64,000 bases of DNA, taken from Candidatus Amesbacteria bacterium GW2011_GWB1_47_19. Its GTDB lineage: Bacteria > Patescibacteriota > Microgenomatia > CAZETR01 > Amesbacteraceae. Both the position numbers and the translations under genes were made by a program. The notes beneath the pieces were generated by a model. It was not told the origin of the DNA. It worked only from the letters and a program-made list of their open reading frames with translations, and did not search any database. The DNA is taken from assembly GCA_001002325.1 (NCBI GenBank), contig LCNZ01000007.1, positions 26,763-90,762 of the forward strand, written 5' to 3'. This document shows positions 28,345-37,418 of the stretch, piece by piece (position 1 is the stretch's first letter; every line of letters starts with the position of its first letter).

Positions 28345-28833
28345 ATGATGGTGGGAAAAGATTATGAGAATTCCGACTGGTGGAAGTCTGCGGATAATCT
28401 GGTACGGGAACTGATGGCAGAGGCCTATATATTGCTGGAAAGGGAAACGAAGTCTCCGGACGGATTACATGATTATTCGTTTGTGGTGTTTCCGGCGGCT
28501 AAAGCGTATGAAGGTTTTTTGAAAAGAATTTTTTTGGATTTGGGACTGATCGGGAAGTTGCAATATTACGGCGAGCACTTCCGGATCGGCAGAGCCTTGT
28601 CTCCCAGTCTGCCCAAAAGATACCGCTCGGGATGGGTATTCGGAAAGCTGGTCGGGGTATGCGGAGGGGATGAGCTGCCCCTGAAAATGTGGGGAGTATG
28701 GAAAAAAGCCAGGAACAGAATTTTTCACTTTTTTCCCGATCACCGGGAATTTATTAACCTAAATGAAGCTGGAATATTAGTGAACGAAATTGCACAGATA
28801 ATGGATGAGACGCTGGCGGGATGTAAGAGATAG
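28345..28833 (+). CDS. HEPN-like protein (RNase LS/RnlA C-terminal-like)
   Basis: DYSFVVFPAAKAYEGFLK and RNRIFH (RxxxxH) motifs. Confidence 0.6.
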   Translation: MMVGKDYENSDWWKSADNLVRELMAEAYILLERETKSPDGLHDYSFVVFPAAKAYEGFLKRIFLDLGLIGKLQYYGEHFRIGRALSPSLPKRYRSGWVFGKLVGVCGGDELPLKMWGVWKKARNRIFHFFPDHREFINLNEAGILVNEIAQIMDETLAGCKR

Positions 28834-28911
28834 ATATTCGGGTAATGTTCGTATTCAGATATGCCAAACTTGCCCTTCCTTGACAGCTTGTGGCATACTT
28901 GATCATGCCCC

Positions 28912-29568
28912 ATGAAAAGCTTGCTTATTGGAGAGAGTCCGGCCGGAAGTGAAAGCTCATTCTTTAGGAAGACGTGGGGGACATGGAAAACGGCAGCTGC
29001 GGTGAGTTCGGCGGCGGTGGTGTTCGGGGTAGCTATTCTGGTACTGTCTATTCTGGCGGCAATCAGTCCTTTGAAGGTGTTTCCCCAGACAGATCCGGCG
29101 ACTGAATCCGCTGCTACTGTGCAGATCGAGTACTATTTGCCCTATCCGGGTGTATTACCCGACAGCCCGCTGTACAAATTAAAGATGGTGCGGGACAGAG
29201 TGAAATTATGGATTACCAGAGATGCAACAAAGAGAACTGATCTGGAGCTGTTGTACGCCGATAAGAGGATAAATGCCGCTTTGGCCCTGGCTGACGGGGG
29301 TAAGGAAACGTTGGCAGTAAGTACGGCGACAAAGGCGGAGAAGTATCTGGAGCAAGCAGTGAACCGGGTGTTGGAACAGAATGGGCAGGGAAAAGATGTG
29401 AAGAGCCAGATGATGAAGCTGGAAAAAGCGGCAGCCAAACATGAGGAGCTGTTGAAAAACATCTCTGTCAAGACTTCGGGGCCGGTAAAAGAAGTGGCAG
29501 ATATAACTGCTACGCAGACCCGGATGCTGATGGAGAAATTGGGGCAGGCAATTCTGGAAGCTGAATGA
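28912..29568 (+). CDS. Membrane-anchored helical protein (DUF5667-like)
   Basis: LPYPGVLPDSPLYKLK and ADKRI motifs. Confidence 0.75.
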   Translation: MKSLLIGESPAGSESSFFRKTWGTWKTAAAVSSAAVVFGVAILVLSILAAISPLKVFPQTDPATESAATVQIEYYLPYPGVLPDSPLYKLKMVRDRVKLWITRDATKRTDLELLYADKRINAALALADGGKETLAVSTATKAEKYLEQAVNRVLEQNGQGKDVKSQMMKLEKAAAKHEELLKNISVKTSGPVKEVADITATQTRMLMEKLGQAILEAE

Positions 29569-29610
29569 GCTGGTGGTTGATAGCTTTTGTATTAGTAGTT
29601 AGTAGTTGAC

Positions 29611-29658
29611 GCTAGTTATTTAGTGTCCTAATCTAGTTTGTGCCCCTAGATATAGGGG
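29611..29658 (+). promoter_or_regulatory. Tandem NrdR boxes
   Basis: CCCCTAGATATAGGGG (29643-29658) fits acaCwAtATaTwGtgt; a weaker box lies 32 bp upstream; both are directly before nrdR. Confidence 0.7.
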
Positions 29659-29671
29659 TTTGAAATTTAAT

Positions 29672-30121
29672 ATGAAGTGTCCGTTTTGTGCTGCCAGCGA
29701 TACATCGGTGCTGGAATCCAGAGTAGCGGATGACGGACAGTCACTGCGTCGTCGGCGCGAATGCGCCAACTGCCAAAAGCGCTTTACCACTTTTGAGCGG
29801 GTGGAGGGGCCGACTATTTTCGTCATTAAAAGAGACGGCAGCCGCCAGCCTTTTGACAGGGACAAAATTGTCCATGGAGTGACCAGGTCTTTTGACAAAC
29901 GACCGGTTTCCATTGACCAGGTTAACCATCTGGCTGACGAAGTGGAACGGGAAGTCAGACGCCGGGAGGTGTCGGAAATGTCCAGTAAAGTTATTGGCAA
30001 AATGGTACTAAAAAGACTAAAAAATATTGACAAAGTTGCCTGGCTGCGGTTTGCCAGTGTGTATCTGGAGTTGTCAGATGTGACGGAATTTGAAAAGTTA
30101 TTGGAAAAAGTCGCTGTCTAA
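29672..30121 (+). CDS. nrdR: Transcriptional repressor NrdR
   Basis: MKCPFC..RRRRECANC..RFTTFE, ATP cone and RFASVY. Confidence 0.97.
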   Translation: MKCPFCAASDTSVLESRVADDGQSLRRRRECANCQKRFTTFERVEGPTIFVIKRDGSRQPFDRDKIVHGVTRSFDKRPVSIDQVNHLADEVEREVRRREVSEMSSKVIGKMVLKRLKNIDKVAWLRFASVYLELSDVTEFEKLLEKVAV

Positions 30122-30122
30122 T

Positions 30123-32468
30123 ATGCCCAAACTACAATTGCAGGAGGTAAAAAGAGGGAGAGGCCGGCCGCGAATAAAAACCAACGGCCATCTGCACCGG
30201 GGATTGGTATTACCGGAAAAGATCGTGAAACGGGACGGCAGGGTGATGGATTTTGATCCGGGAAAGATTGAGCTGGCAATAGGGAAATGCTTTAACAGCT
30301 TTGGCAAGCAGCCACAATTGGGGCTGGCGGAACTGACAACATTGGTGATGAATGCCATAGCGGCCAAATACAAACAACCTACCGTGGAGCAGGTCCAGGA
30401 TGTGGTGGAAATTGTATTGCAGGCGACGGGAGAATTTGAGGCGGCCAAGCAGTATATTTTATACAGGGCGGAACATGCCAAATTAAGGGAATCCAGACCG
30501 GTCCCGGATGAAGTGCGGGAGTCATTTCTGCAGTCTGATAAATATTTCCCTTCCCAGCTGCAAAAGTTCCAGTTTTTTGATAAGTATTCACGGTTTAACT
30601 ACGCATTGGGGAGAAGGGAAACCTGGGTGGAAACGGTGGACAGGGCGATGGGATTTTTGAAAGAATTGGCAAAGGACAAGCTGCCGGGGGAAGTTTATGA
30701 AAGAATAAAGAAAGGGGTGTTGGAGATGAAGGCGACACCTTCAATGCGGCTACTGGCCATGGCGGGACCGGCGGCCAGAAGAAACAATATCGCTATATAT
30801 AACTGTTCTTATCTGCCGATAGACAGCGTCGACGCTTTTGTCGAACCGATGATCATCTCCATGAACGGATGCGGGGTCGGTTTTTCGGTGGAAGGCAAGT
30901 ATGTGGAAAATTTACCCAGAGTCAAACGGCAGACAGGAAGCCTGCCGCTGACTTTTGTCATACCGGATACGACTGAGGGGTGGGCGGAGTCGCTGAGATT
31001 GGGATTGTCGCTGTGGTTTGAGGGAGGGGATATCCAGTTTGATTACTCGCAATTAAGGCCGGCAGGGGCAATTCTGAGAATCAAGGGCGGGAGGGCGTCC
31101 GGGCCGGAACCACTGCGGCACATGCTGGATTTTGTGAGGGCTAAAGTACTGGCCAGGCAGGGCAGTTTTTTGCGGTCGATTGACGCTCATGATATTGTCT
31201 GCGAAGTGGGCAACGCGGCAGTATCCGGGGGCATGAGGCGGACGGCGATGATCTCGCTTTTTGACTGGGACGATGAAGAAATGCGCAATTGTAAAAACGG
31301 GGACTTTGAGAAGGAAAATTCACAGCGCTGGAATGCGAATAATTCAATGGTGTGGCCGGACCGGGGAACTACCCAATCGGAACTGGTGGCTCAAATGCTG
31401 GAAATGGTTAACGGCGGCAGGGGGGAGCCGGGAATATTTAACCGTCAGGCAGCAAACAGTATGCGGCCGGCGAGACGGGCGGCGGCGGAGTTCGGTTCAA
31501 ATCCGTGCGGGGAAATACTGTTGAGACCGTATGAGTTTTGTAATTTATCAATAGCTATTGCTAGAAAGGAAGATACTTATGAAAGCCTGAAGGATAAAGT
31601 GGAAATGGCAGCCATTATGGGGACAATCCAATCACTGGCAACACATTTCCCGGGGCTGCGGCCGATCTGGAAGCGGAATTGTGAAGAGGAAAGGTTGTTG
31701 GGAGTGGATATCACCGGTCAGATGGACAGTCCGGCGGCGCAGGACGCGGCGGTGCAGAACCGGCTGAGGCAGGTGGCAGTGGAGACAAACCGGAAAATTG
31801 CGGGGATGCTGGGGATAAACGAGGCGGCGGCGGTGACTTGTGTCAAACCGTCCGGAAATTCGTCACAACTGTTTGACTGCGCGTCGGGACTGCATGCCCG
31901 GTGGTCGCGGTATTATGTACGTAATGTCCGGGTGGGAGCTCATACTCCTATATTCCGGGTAATGAAAGATACCGGGGTGCCAATGGATCCGGAAAACGGC
32001 CAAACCGCGGATAACGCCAATACTTGGGTGGCACATTTTCCGGTGAAATCACCGGACAAGGCCGTGGTCCGCAGCCAGCGGACGGCGATACAACAATGCG
32101 AATACTGGCTGCAGAATAAAACTTACTGGACGGAACACAATCCCAGCGTGACCATAACTTACCATCCGCAGGAAGTGATTGAGCTGATCAAGTGGGTGTG
32201 GGAGCATAAAGACCTGATCGGAGGTATGTCGTTTTTACCTGCGTTTGATGCCCAATATGCCCAAATGCCTTTCCAGGAAATAACCCGGGAGGAGTTTGAA
32301 GAACTGGCGGCGAAATTTCCCAATATAGATTTTTCCAAACTCTACCGGTACGAGGAGGAGGACTATACCAAAGCTGCGCAGGAATTGGCGTGTGTGGCAG
32401 GTTCGTGTGAAATTGAGATAGTGCCGACGGGGGTAGGGACGAAGGTGGAAGTAAAGGGAGTAAGTTAA
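30123..32468 (+). CDS. nrdJ: Class II (AdoCbl-dependent) ribonucleotide reductase with N-terminal ATP cone
   Basis: IVKRDG cone; YNC, GCGVG, NPCGE, TCVKPSG and C-terminal CVAGSC. Confidence 0.93.
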   Translation: MPKLQLQEVKRGRGRPRIKTNGHLHRGLVLPEKIVKRDGRVMDFDPGKIELAIGKCFNSFGKQPQLGLAELTTLVMNAIAAKYKQPTVEQVQDVVEIVLQATGEFEAAKQYILYRAEHAKLRESRPVPDEVRESFLQSDKYFPSQLQKFQFFDKYSRFNYALGRRETWVETVDRAMGFLKELAKDKLPGEVYERIKKGVLEMKATPSMRLLAMAGPAARRNNIAIYNCSYLPIDSVDAFVEPMIISMNGCGVGFSVEGKYVENLPRVKRQTGSLPLTFVIPDTTEGWAESLRLGLSLWFEGGDIQFDYSQLRPAGAILRIKGGRASGPEPLRHMLDFVRAKVLARQGSFLRSIDAHDIVCEVGNAAVSGGMRRTAMISLFDWDDEEMRNCKNGDFEKENSQRWNANNSMVWPDRGTTQSELVAQMLEMVNGGRGEPGIFNRQAANSMRPARRAAAEFGSNPCGEILLRPYEFCNLSIAIARKEDTYESLKDKVEMAAIMGTIQSLATHFPGLRPIWKRNCEEERLLGVDITGQMDSPAAQDAAVQNRLRQVAVETNRKIAGMLGINEAAAVTCVKPSGNSSQLFDCASGLHARWSRYYVRNVRVGAHTPIFRVMKDTGVPMDPENGQTADNANTWVAHFPVKSPDKAVVRSQRTAIQQCEYWLQNKTYWTEHNPSVTITYHPQEVIELIKWVWEHKDLIGGMSFLPAFDAQYAQMPFQEITREEFEELAAKFPNIDFSKLYRYEEEDYTKAAQELACVAGSCEIEIVPTGVGTKVEVKGVS

Positions 32469-32470
32469 GG

Positions 32471-32689
32471 ATGATTAATAAGGGGAAATACCGGCATGCG
32501 AAATCGGGTAAATTGTACCAGGTACTGGGAGTGGGTAAGGACAGCGAAACATTGAAAGACGTGGTGGTTTATGAGCCGCTTTACGAATCTAAGGTGAGAT
32601 TTTGGGTTCGTCCGGTGGAAATGTGGGAGGAGGAGGTGGAGATTGGAGGAGAGAAGAAAAAGAGATTTGAGAAGATACCAGACACTTGA
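32471..32689 (+). CDS. DUF1653 family protein
   Basis: GKYRH.K...Y.V....DSET...VVY..LY...WVRP..MW. Confidence 0.85.
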   Translation: MINKGKYRHAKSGKLYQVLGVGKDSETLKDVVVYEPLYESKVRFWVRPVEMWEEEVEIGGEKKKRFEKIPDT

Positions 32690-32699
32690 TATAAAGTAA

Positions 32700-33200
32700 T
32701 TAGAGAAGGGGGGAGGTGGATTTGGTGCGGAGGTAGGTGATAGTGTCGGTGAGGATACCGGCTCCCAAAAATTCCGAAGATGCCAGTTCCGAGTGAGAAA
32801 GGTAATTTGTAAAAGCCTGTTGATAACCTTCGTCAGGAAAGGGATAAAGTTGATGTTTGGCCGGTTCTATCCAGATGTATTCCGTACCGGGAATTCCCGG
32901 TGTCAGCTGGCCCTGAGCCAGACAAAGGTAAATAATGCGCACCACCTGGACGGAGCGGTCAACCCAATCCAGAAAAGTAGTGACATTGAGAGGTGCGGAT
33001 ACGGTGGTGATGGTCAATCCGGTTTGGGCCATGATTCTTTCACTAAGACTGCCTCTTAAACCTTCCTGGTGTTCGAGCCTGCCTCCCGGCAGGTCATAAA
33101 GAACAGGTGCGCTTCCGGTCTGGGGGAGACGGGTAATCAATACATGCCACTTGGAGTTGATAATAAATGCTTTTTGGACGACGGAGAAAACAGGCTGCAC
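32700..33200 (-). CDS. NUDIX-fold protein with a degenerate Nudix box
   Basis: LPGGRLEHQE...ERIMAQTGL; GTG start 6 nt after TACAAT. Confidence 0.7.
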   Translation of the reverse strand: MQPVFSVVQKAFIINSKWHVLITRLPQTGSAPVLYDLPGGRLEHQEGLRGSLSERIMAQTGLTITTVSAPLNVTTFLDWVDRSVQVVRIIYLCLAQGQLTPGIPGTEYIWIEPAKHQLYPFPDEGYQQAFTNYLSHSELASSEFLGAGILTDTITYLRTKSTSPLL

Positions 33201-33249
33201 AAGAATATTGTACAACGAATATGTTTTTGGAGGGAGTTATAATTTGGCC

Positions 33250-33780
33250 ATGGGCAAGATTTATACAAAAAAGGGAGATAAGGGCAGGACAAAAACTTTC
33301 AGAGGGGAAATGGGTAAAAGCGATGCTTTGGCGGAGGCGTTGGGGAGCATTGATGAGGTGAACAGCTGGATAGGAGTGTGCAGACAACAAATTTTCAATT
33401 ACCAATTTTTAAAAATTGATGCTGCATTGAAGAGGATTCAGGGCAATTTATTGACTATCGGGTCGGGGCTGGCGGGGAGCAAATTGAGAATTGGGAGCGG
33501 AGAAGTGAGAAATCTGGAGAAATTAATCGATAAATTAACGGCGGATTTGCCGAAACTGACGAATTTTATTTATCCGGTAGGAGAGCTGCAGGTGGCAAGG
33601 AGTGTCGCTCGCCGATGCGAGCGACGGATCGTTAGTTATTCGTTATTCATTGATCGTGACAAAAAGAAAGTTGATAAAAAAATATTAGTGTACCTGAACA
33701 GACTATCGGATGCGTTGTTTGTTATGGCAAGGTGGGTAAATTACCAGCGGGGGATAGGAGAAGAAGTCTGGCGGGGGTGA
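33250..33780 (+). CDS. PduO-type ATP:cob(I)alamin adenosyltransferase
   Basis: KIYTKKGDKG.T, GSIDEVNS, ARRCER and LNRLSD motifs. Confidence 0.92.
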   Translation: MGKIYTKKGDKGRTKTFRGEMGKSDALAEALGSIDEVNSWIGVCRQQIFNYQFLKIDAALKRIQGNLLTIGSGLAGSKLRIGSGEVRNLEKLIDKLTADLPKLTNFIYPVGELQVARSVARRCERRIVSYSLFIDRDKKKVDKKILVYLNRLSDALFVMARWVNYQRGIGEEVWRG

Positions 33781-33965
33781 TGATTCTTTGTGTCGACTAC
33801 CTGTTGAAGAAGATATCTGGCATGCATCAGTGAGGCAGTTGTTCGGGCTTGGATGGCCATGTTGGCCAAATAAACAGCTTGTTTTTCGGACATATCAGGT
33901 GTTGATGCCCGATGTAAATCTAGCAATTGCGCAAATCTATCGAGCTCGCTCCACGGTGTGGGCAT
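33741..33965 (-). CDS. Small hypothetical protein
   Basis: ORF fills the gap between two genes; no recognisable motif. Confidence 0.35.
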   Translation of the reverse strand: MPTPWSELDRFAQLLDLHRASTPDMSEKQAVYLANMAIQARTTASLMHARYLLQQVVDTKNHHPRQTSSPIPRW

Positions 33966-33996
33966 AAAATTATTTTGATTTTGGTATGATGACAAT

Positions 33997-34530
33997 ATGA
34001 CGGATACACCAGTTCAGAGTCAAGGGCAAAAAGCATTACAAGATCTGGAGGAATTGACAAAAGACCCGGTGCCGGGACTGGTAGAGGATGTGGAAGAATT
34101 TGAGGAGAAACAGGAAGACTGGCAGGCAATGTACAGTGCCGGGGGTAAATTTAAAGAGCAATTGGAGGAGATAAGTAAGAGTGTAAGAGTGGAAGAGCGG
34201 GAGAGTGTAAGTGCGAGTAAAGAGAAAAAGGTGACCGGACTGGAGGAGATACAAGTCAGTCCGGAGGTGGAAAAAAAGCCTGAATTGGCGGGATATATTG
34301 AGGAAATTGAAAAAGATGCGGAGCTGACCGGGCCGGTTATGGATGACTACACCCAACAGATACTGATGACTTCACCGGCACCGGCCAACCCGACAGTAAC
34401 TCTACCCCTGACGGAGGAGCAATTGAAGGCGGGGTTAACGCGGCAGGTGTGGGACAGCATCAGGTGGTTGGCAGAATGGTGTGTGAGGCAGATAAAAATG
34501 CTGCCCGGCAAAGTAAGATACCGTGGGTAG
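33997..34530 (+). CDS. Hypothetical acidic protein
   Basis: C-terminal LPLTEEQL..GL...SIRWLAEWC.RQIK; upstream of the ATPase gene. Confidence 0.8.
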   Translation: MTDTPVQSQGQKALQDLEELTKDPVPGLVEDVEEFEEKQEDWQAMYSAGGKFKEQLEEISKSVRVEERESVSASKEKKVTGLEEIQVSPEVEKKPELAGYIEEIEKDAELTGPVMDDYTQQILMTSPAPANPTVTLPLTEEQLKAGLTRQVWDSIRWLAEWCVRQIKMLPGKVRYRG

Positions 34531-34550
34531 AGGTCTGATATGATGAGAGT

Positions 34551-36899
34551 ATGTTACCGGTGAATCTGACGGGGTTGTTGGTCCAGTTGGGAATTTTGGC
34601 GGCGGTGCTGGGAGCACTTGTTGTGCTGGGGATTTTCGGCGGATATGTGGGGATTGCTTTGTATCGGCACAAAGACCGGGAGGAAAAAAGCCTGCAAATG
34701 GTGGTGCTGCAAGTAGCTGTTCCCCGGGACAATGAAATCAAGATTGATGCCATGGAGCAGATATTTTCGAGCTTGTATTCGATCAAGAAAGGAAAGATGG
34801 GATGGTTCGGACTGCTGACATTTTTGCAGGTTCAGCCGCATATTAGCTTTGAGATAGTAGCGCGCAGGGAAGACATAAAATTTTATATCTCGGTGCCGGA
34901 TAAAATGCGGGATCTGGTGGAAAAACAAATCCACGGCGGTTATCCGGGGGCGGAGATAAAAATAGTGGAAGAGCCGACCATTTTTACCGATGAAGGACGG
35001 GTGGAATATGCCTGGATGGTGCTGCGTAATTCGGCGCATTATCCGATGAAAATATTTAAAGACCTGGCGACAGATCCGATGGCCTCCTTAACTTCGGCGA
35101 TGGCGAAAATGGGGGAAGGGGAGGGAGCGCATATCCAGATTCTGATATTTCCGGCCGAAAACAAATGGAAAGGCAAAGGCCGAGCATGGATCGGCAAGAC
35201 CAAGAAGAACGAGGCCAATCCGGAGAAAGCGTCGTACAAGGTTGATCCCAAAGTAATGGAGGCAGTGGACAATAAGATCAGCAAGGCCGGATTTATGACC
35301 ACCATCCGACTGGTAGTGACATCTGCGGATGCGGGGTCGGCTAAGGCACACATGGCAAATCTGAGAGCGGCTTTTGAACAATTTTCCGGAGACCTGAACG
35401 GATTTAAAAGTAAAAAAATAAGAATGAAAGGTAATTTTATGACGGACTTTATTTACCGTTATCAACCAATGGTGTGGTGGGGCAACTGGACGGTTTTAAA
35501 CAGTGAAGAACTGGCGACGATATATCATTTTCCCAACAAAACAATTGAAACCCCGCATATCCATTGGTTGAATGCCAAACGGGCACCGGCACCGCAGCAG
35601 ATTGCGTCTGAAGGCCTGTATATCGGTAAAAGCGTATTTCGGGGAATTACCCGGCCGGTATTTATTACCGATGAAGACCGGGAAAGGCATATGTATATAG
35701 TAGGCCGAACAGGGACGGGAAAAACGGAGTTTTTGAAGACCATGATTTTGCAGGATATCCAGGCGGGAAGGGGTGTGGCAGTTATTGATCCGCATGATCT
35801 GGCTGAGGATCTTTTAGGGTATATTCCACCGGAAAGGGCGGAGGACGTGATCTTTTTTGAACCATCGGATGAACAGTGGCCGATGGGGTTGAACCTGCTG
35901 GAGACACGCAACGAACAGGAAAGGCATATGGCAACCAACGCGGTAATAGGGATGATGTACAAACTGTATGATCCGCATAAAACCGGAATCATTGGACCGA
36001 GATTTGAACACGCTATCAGGAACGCAATGCTGACAGTGATGGATGCTATTCCCGGCGGGACATTTATCGAAGTGGTGCAGACACTGCAGCGGCCGGAATT
36101 CGTACAGGAAATGCTGCCGAGGGTGAAGGACCCGTTGGTGAGGAGGTATTGGACCGACCAGATAGCCCAAACGTCGGAATTTCATAAATCCGAAGTGCTG
36201 GATTATATCGTGTCCAAATTCGGCCGGTTCGTAACCAATAAAACTATCAGAAATATAATCGGACAGTCGGTGTCGGCGTTTGATTTCCGGAAAGTGATGG
36301 ATGAAGGGAGGATTCTGATCGTCAACCTGTCCAAAGGAAAACTGGGGGAGGAGAACAGCAACTTTCTGGGACTGGTGCTGGTGCCCCGGCTGCTGGCGGC
36401 AGCGATGAGCCGGGCGGATATGCCGGAGGCTTCCAGGCGGCCGTTTTATCTGTATGTGGATGAGTTCCAGAACTTTGCCACGCCGGATTTTGCCACCATT
36501 TTGTCCGAGGCCAGGAAATATAAACTGAATCTGACGGTGGCCAACCAATTTACTTCACAAATGGAGGATGAGGTAAAAAATGCGGTATTCGGCAACGTGG
36601 GAACTTTGATTTCGTTCCGGGTGGGGGTGGGAGACGCCAATTACCTGCAGCATGAATACAGCCCGACGTTTAACGAGGCGGATCTGTTAAATATCGAGAG
36701 ATACAATGTATTTATTAAAACGGTGGTGCATAACGAACCGGTACCGCCGTTTACTATGGATGTGACCAAGGATATTGATAAGGAAAGGAAGATGCGCAAT
36801 TCTCAACTGGCGGAGGCGATTAAAGAGTTGTCCCGGCTGAAATACGGGCGGGATGTGAGAATTGTAGAGGCGGAGATAGGAACCAGGTCGAAATTGTAA
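34551..36899 (+). CDS. VirB4/VirD4-like (DUF87/TraD) ATPase
   Basis: RHMYIVGRTGTGKT, IDPH, YVDEFQNF, SEARKY and ANQ motifs. Confidence 0.9.
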   Translation: MLPVNLTGLLVQLGILAAVLGALVVLGIFGGYVGIALYRHKDREEKSLQMVVLQVAVPRDNEIKIDAMEQIFSSLYSIKKGKMGWFGLLTFLQVQPHISFEIVARREDIKFYISVPDKMRDLVEKQIHGGYPGAEIKIVEEPTIFTDEGRVEYAWMVLRNSAHYPMKIFKDLATDPMASLTSAMAKMGEGEGAHIQILIFPAENKWKGKGRAWIGKTKKNEANPEKASYKVDPKVMEAVDNKISKAGFMTTIRLVVTSADAGSAKAHMANLRAAFEQFSGDLNGFKSKKIRMKGNFMTDFIYRYQPMVWWGNWTVLNSEELATIYHFPNKTIETPHIHWLNAKRAPAPQQIASEGLYIGKSVFRGITRPVFITDEDRERHMYIVGRTGTGKTEFLKTMILQDIQAGRGVAVIDPHDLAEDLLGYIPPERAEDVIFFEPSDEQWPMGLNLLETRNEQERHMATNAVIGMMYKLYDPHKTGIIGPRFEHAIRNAMLTVMDAIPGGTFIEVVQTLQRPEFVQEMLPRVKDPLVRRYWTDQIAQTSEFHKSEVLDYIVSKFGRFVTNKTIRNIIGQSVSAFDFRKVMDEGRILIVNLSKGKLGEENSNFLGLVLVPRLLAAAMSRADMPEASRRPFYLYVDEFQNFATPDFATILSEARKYKLNLTVANQFTSQMEDEVKNAVFGNVGTLISFRVGVGDANYLQHEYSPTFNEADLLNIERYNVFIKTVVHNEPVPPFTMDVTKDIDKERKMRNSQLAEAIKELSRLKYGRDVRIVEAEIGTRSKL

Positions 36900-36944
36900 T
36901 GTAGCTGGAGAGGGGGTAAGGATAAGTAGTAAAATGCGGGGAAC

Positions 36945-37016
36945 GGATCCGTAGCTCAACGGTAGAGCGGCTGTCTTATACACAGTATGTTGGAGGTTCG
37001 AATCCTCCCGGATCCA
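36945..37016 (+). tRNA. tRNA-Ile (anticodon UAU)
   Basis: GGATCCG/CGGATCC acceptor stem; GCTC/GAGC D stem; loop CT-TAT-AC; GGAGG-TTCGAAT-CCTCC; A73; CCA not encoded. Confidence 0.92.
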
Positions 37017-37144
37017 CAGATGCCGGGAGGCAACATTTGTTGTGCCCGGACCGCTTCAGGATGTTGTAGGTCAATCTTGGCCACAGAAGTTTACATCGGT
37101 TGTAAAATGGGCGGATGGCAGGCGGCAAGTTAGAACGATTAATA

Positions 37145-37405
37145 ATGAATTTGGGGGAAGAGTGTGTGAAGAGAAGTTTAAAATCCAGAGGGCTGGCCGT
37201 AGTAAAAGATGGAAAATGGACGCTGACCGACGACGGCAAATTGACTTTTTATCGGGAGCTGATAGAAGAAGAGGCGTCAAGAAGGAAAGTAGAAGTGACC
37301 GAAATTCCGGACTGGATAGCAGATATATTGGCCAGAAAAGCCGGATTTCAAAATGAACAAGAGGTGGCGAATCTGGTTGCAAGAAAATTGAGAGGGGAGA
37401 AGTGA
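37145..37405 (+). CDS. Hypothetical protein (possible winged-helix fragment)
   Basis: LKSRGL....GKWTLTDDG motif. Confidence 0.55.
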   Translation: MNLGEECVKRSLKSRGLAVVKDGKWTLTDDGKLTFYRELIEEEASRRKVEVTEIPDWIADILARKAGFQNEQEVANLVARKLRGEK

Positions 37406-37418
37406 CAGATGCACCGGC

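Noticed and set aside
33078-33093. CCTGCCTCCCGGCAGG as a fourth palindrome copy
   Set aside because: It encodes the conserved LPGGR of the Nudix fold on the minus strand; the resemblance is probably coincidental.
34551-36899. Conjugative or T4SS element
   Set aside because: No relaxase or other VirB genes nearby; such ATPases are common chromosomal genes in CPR.
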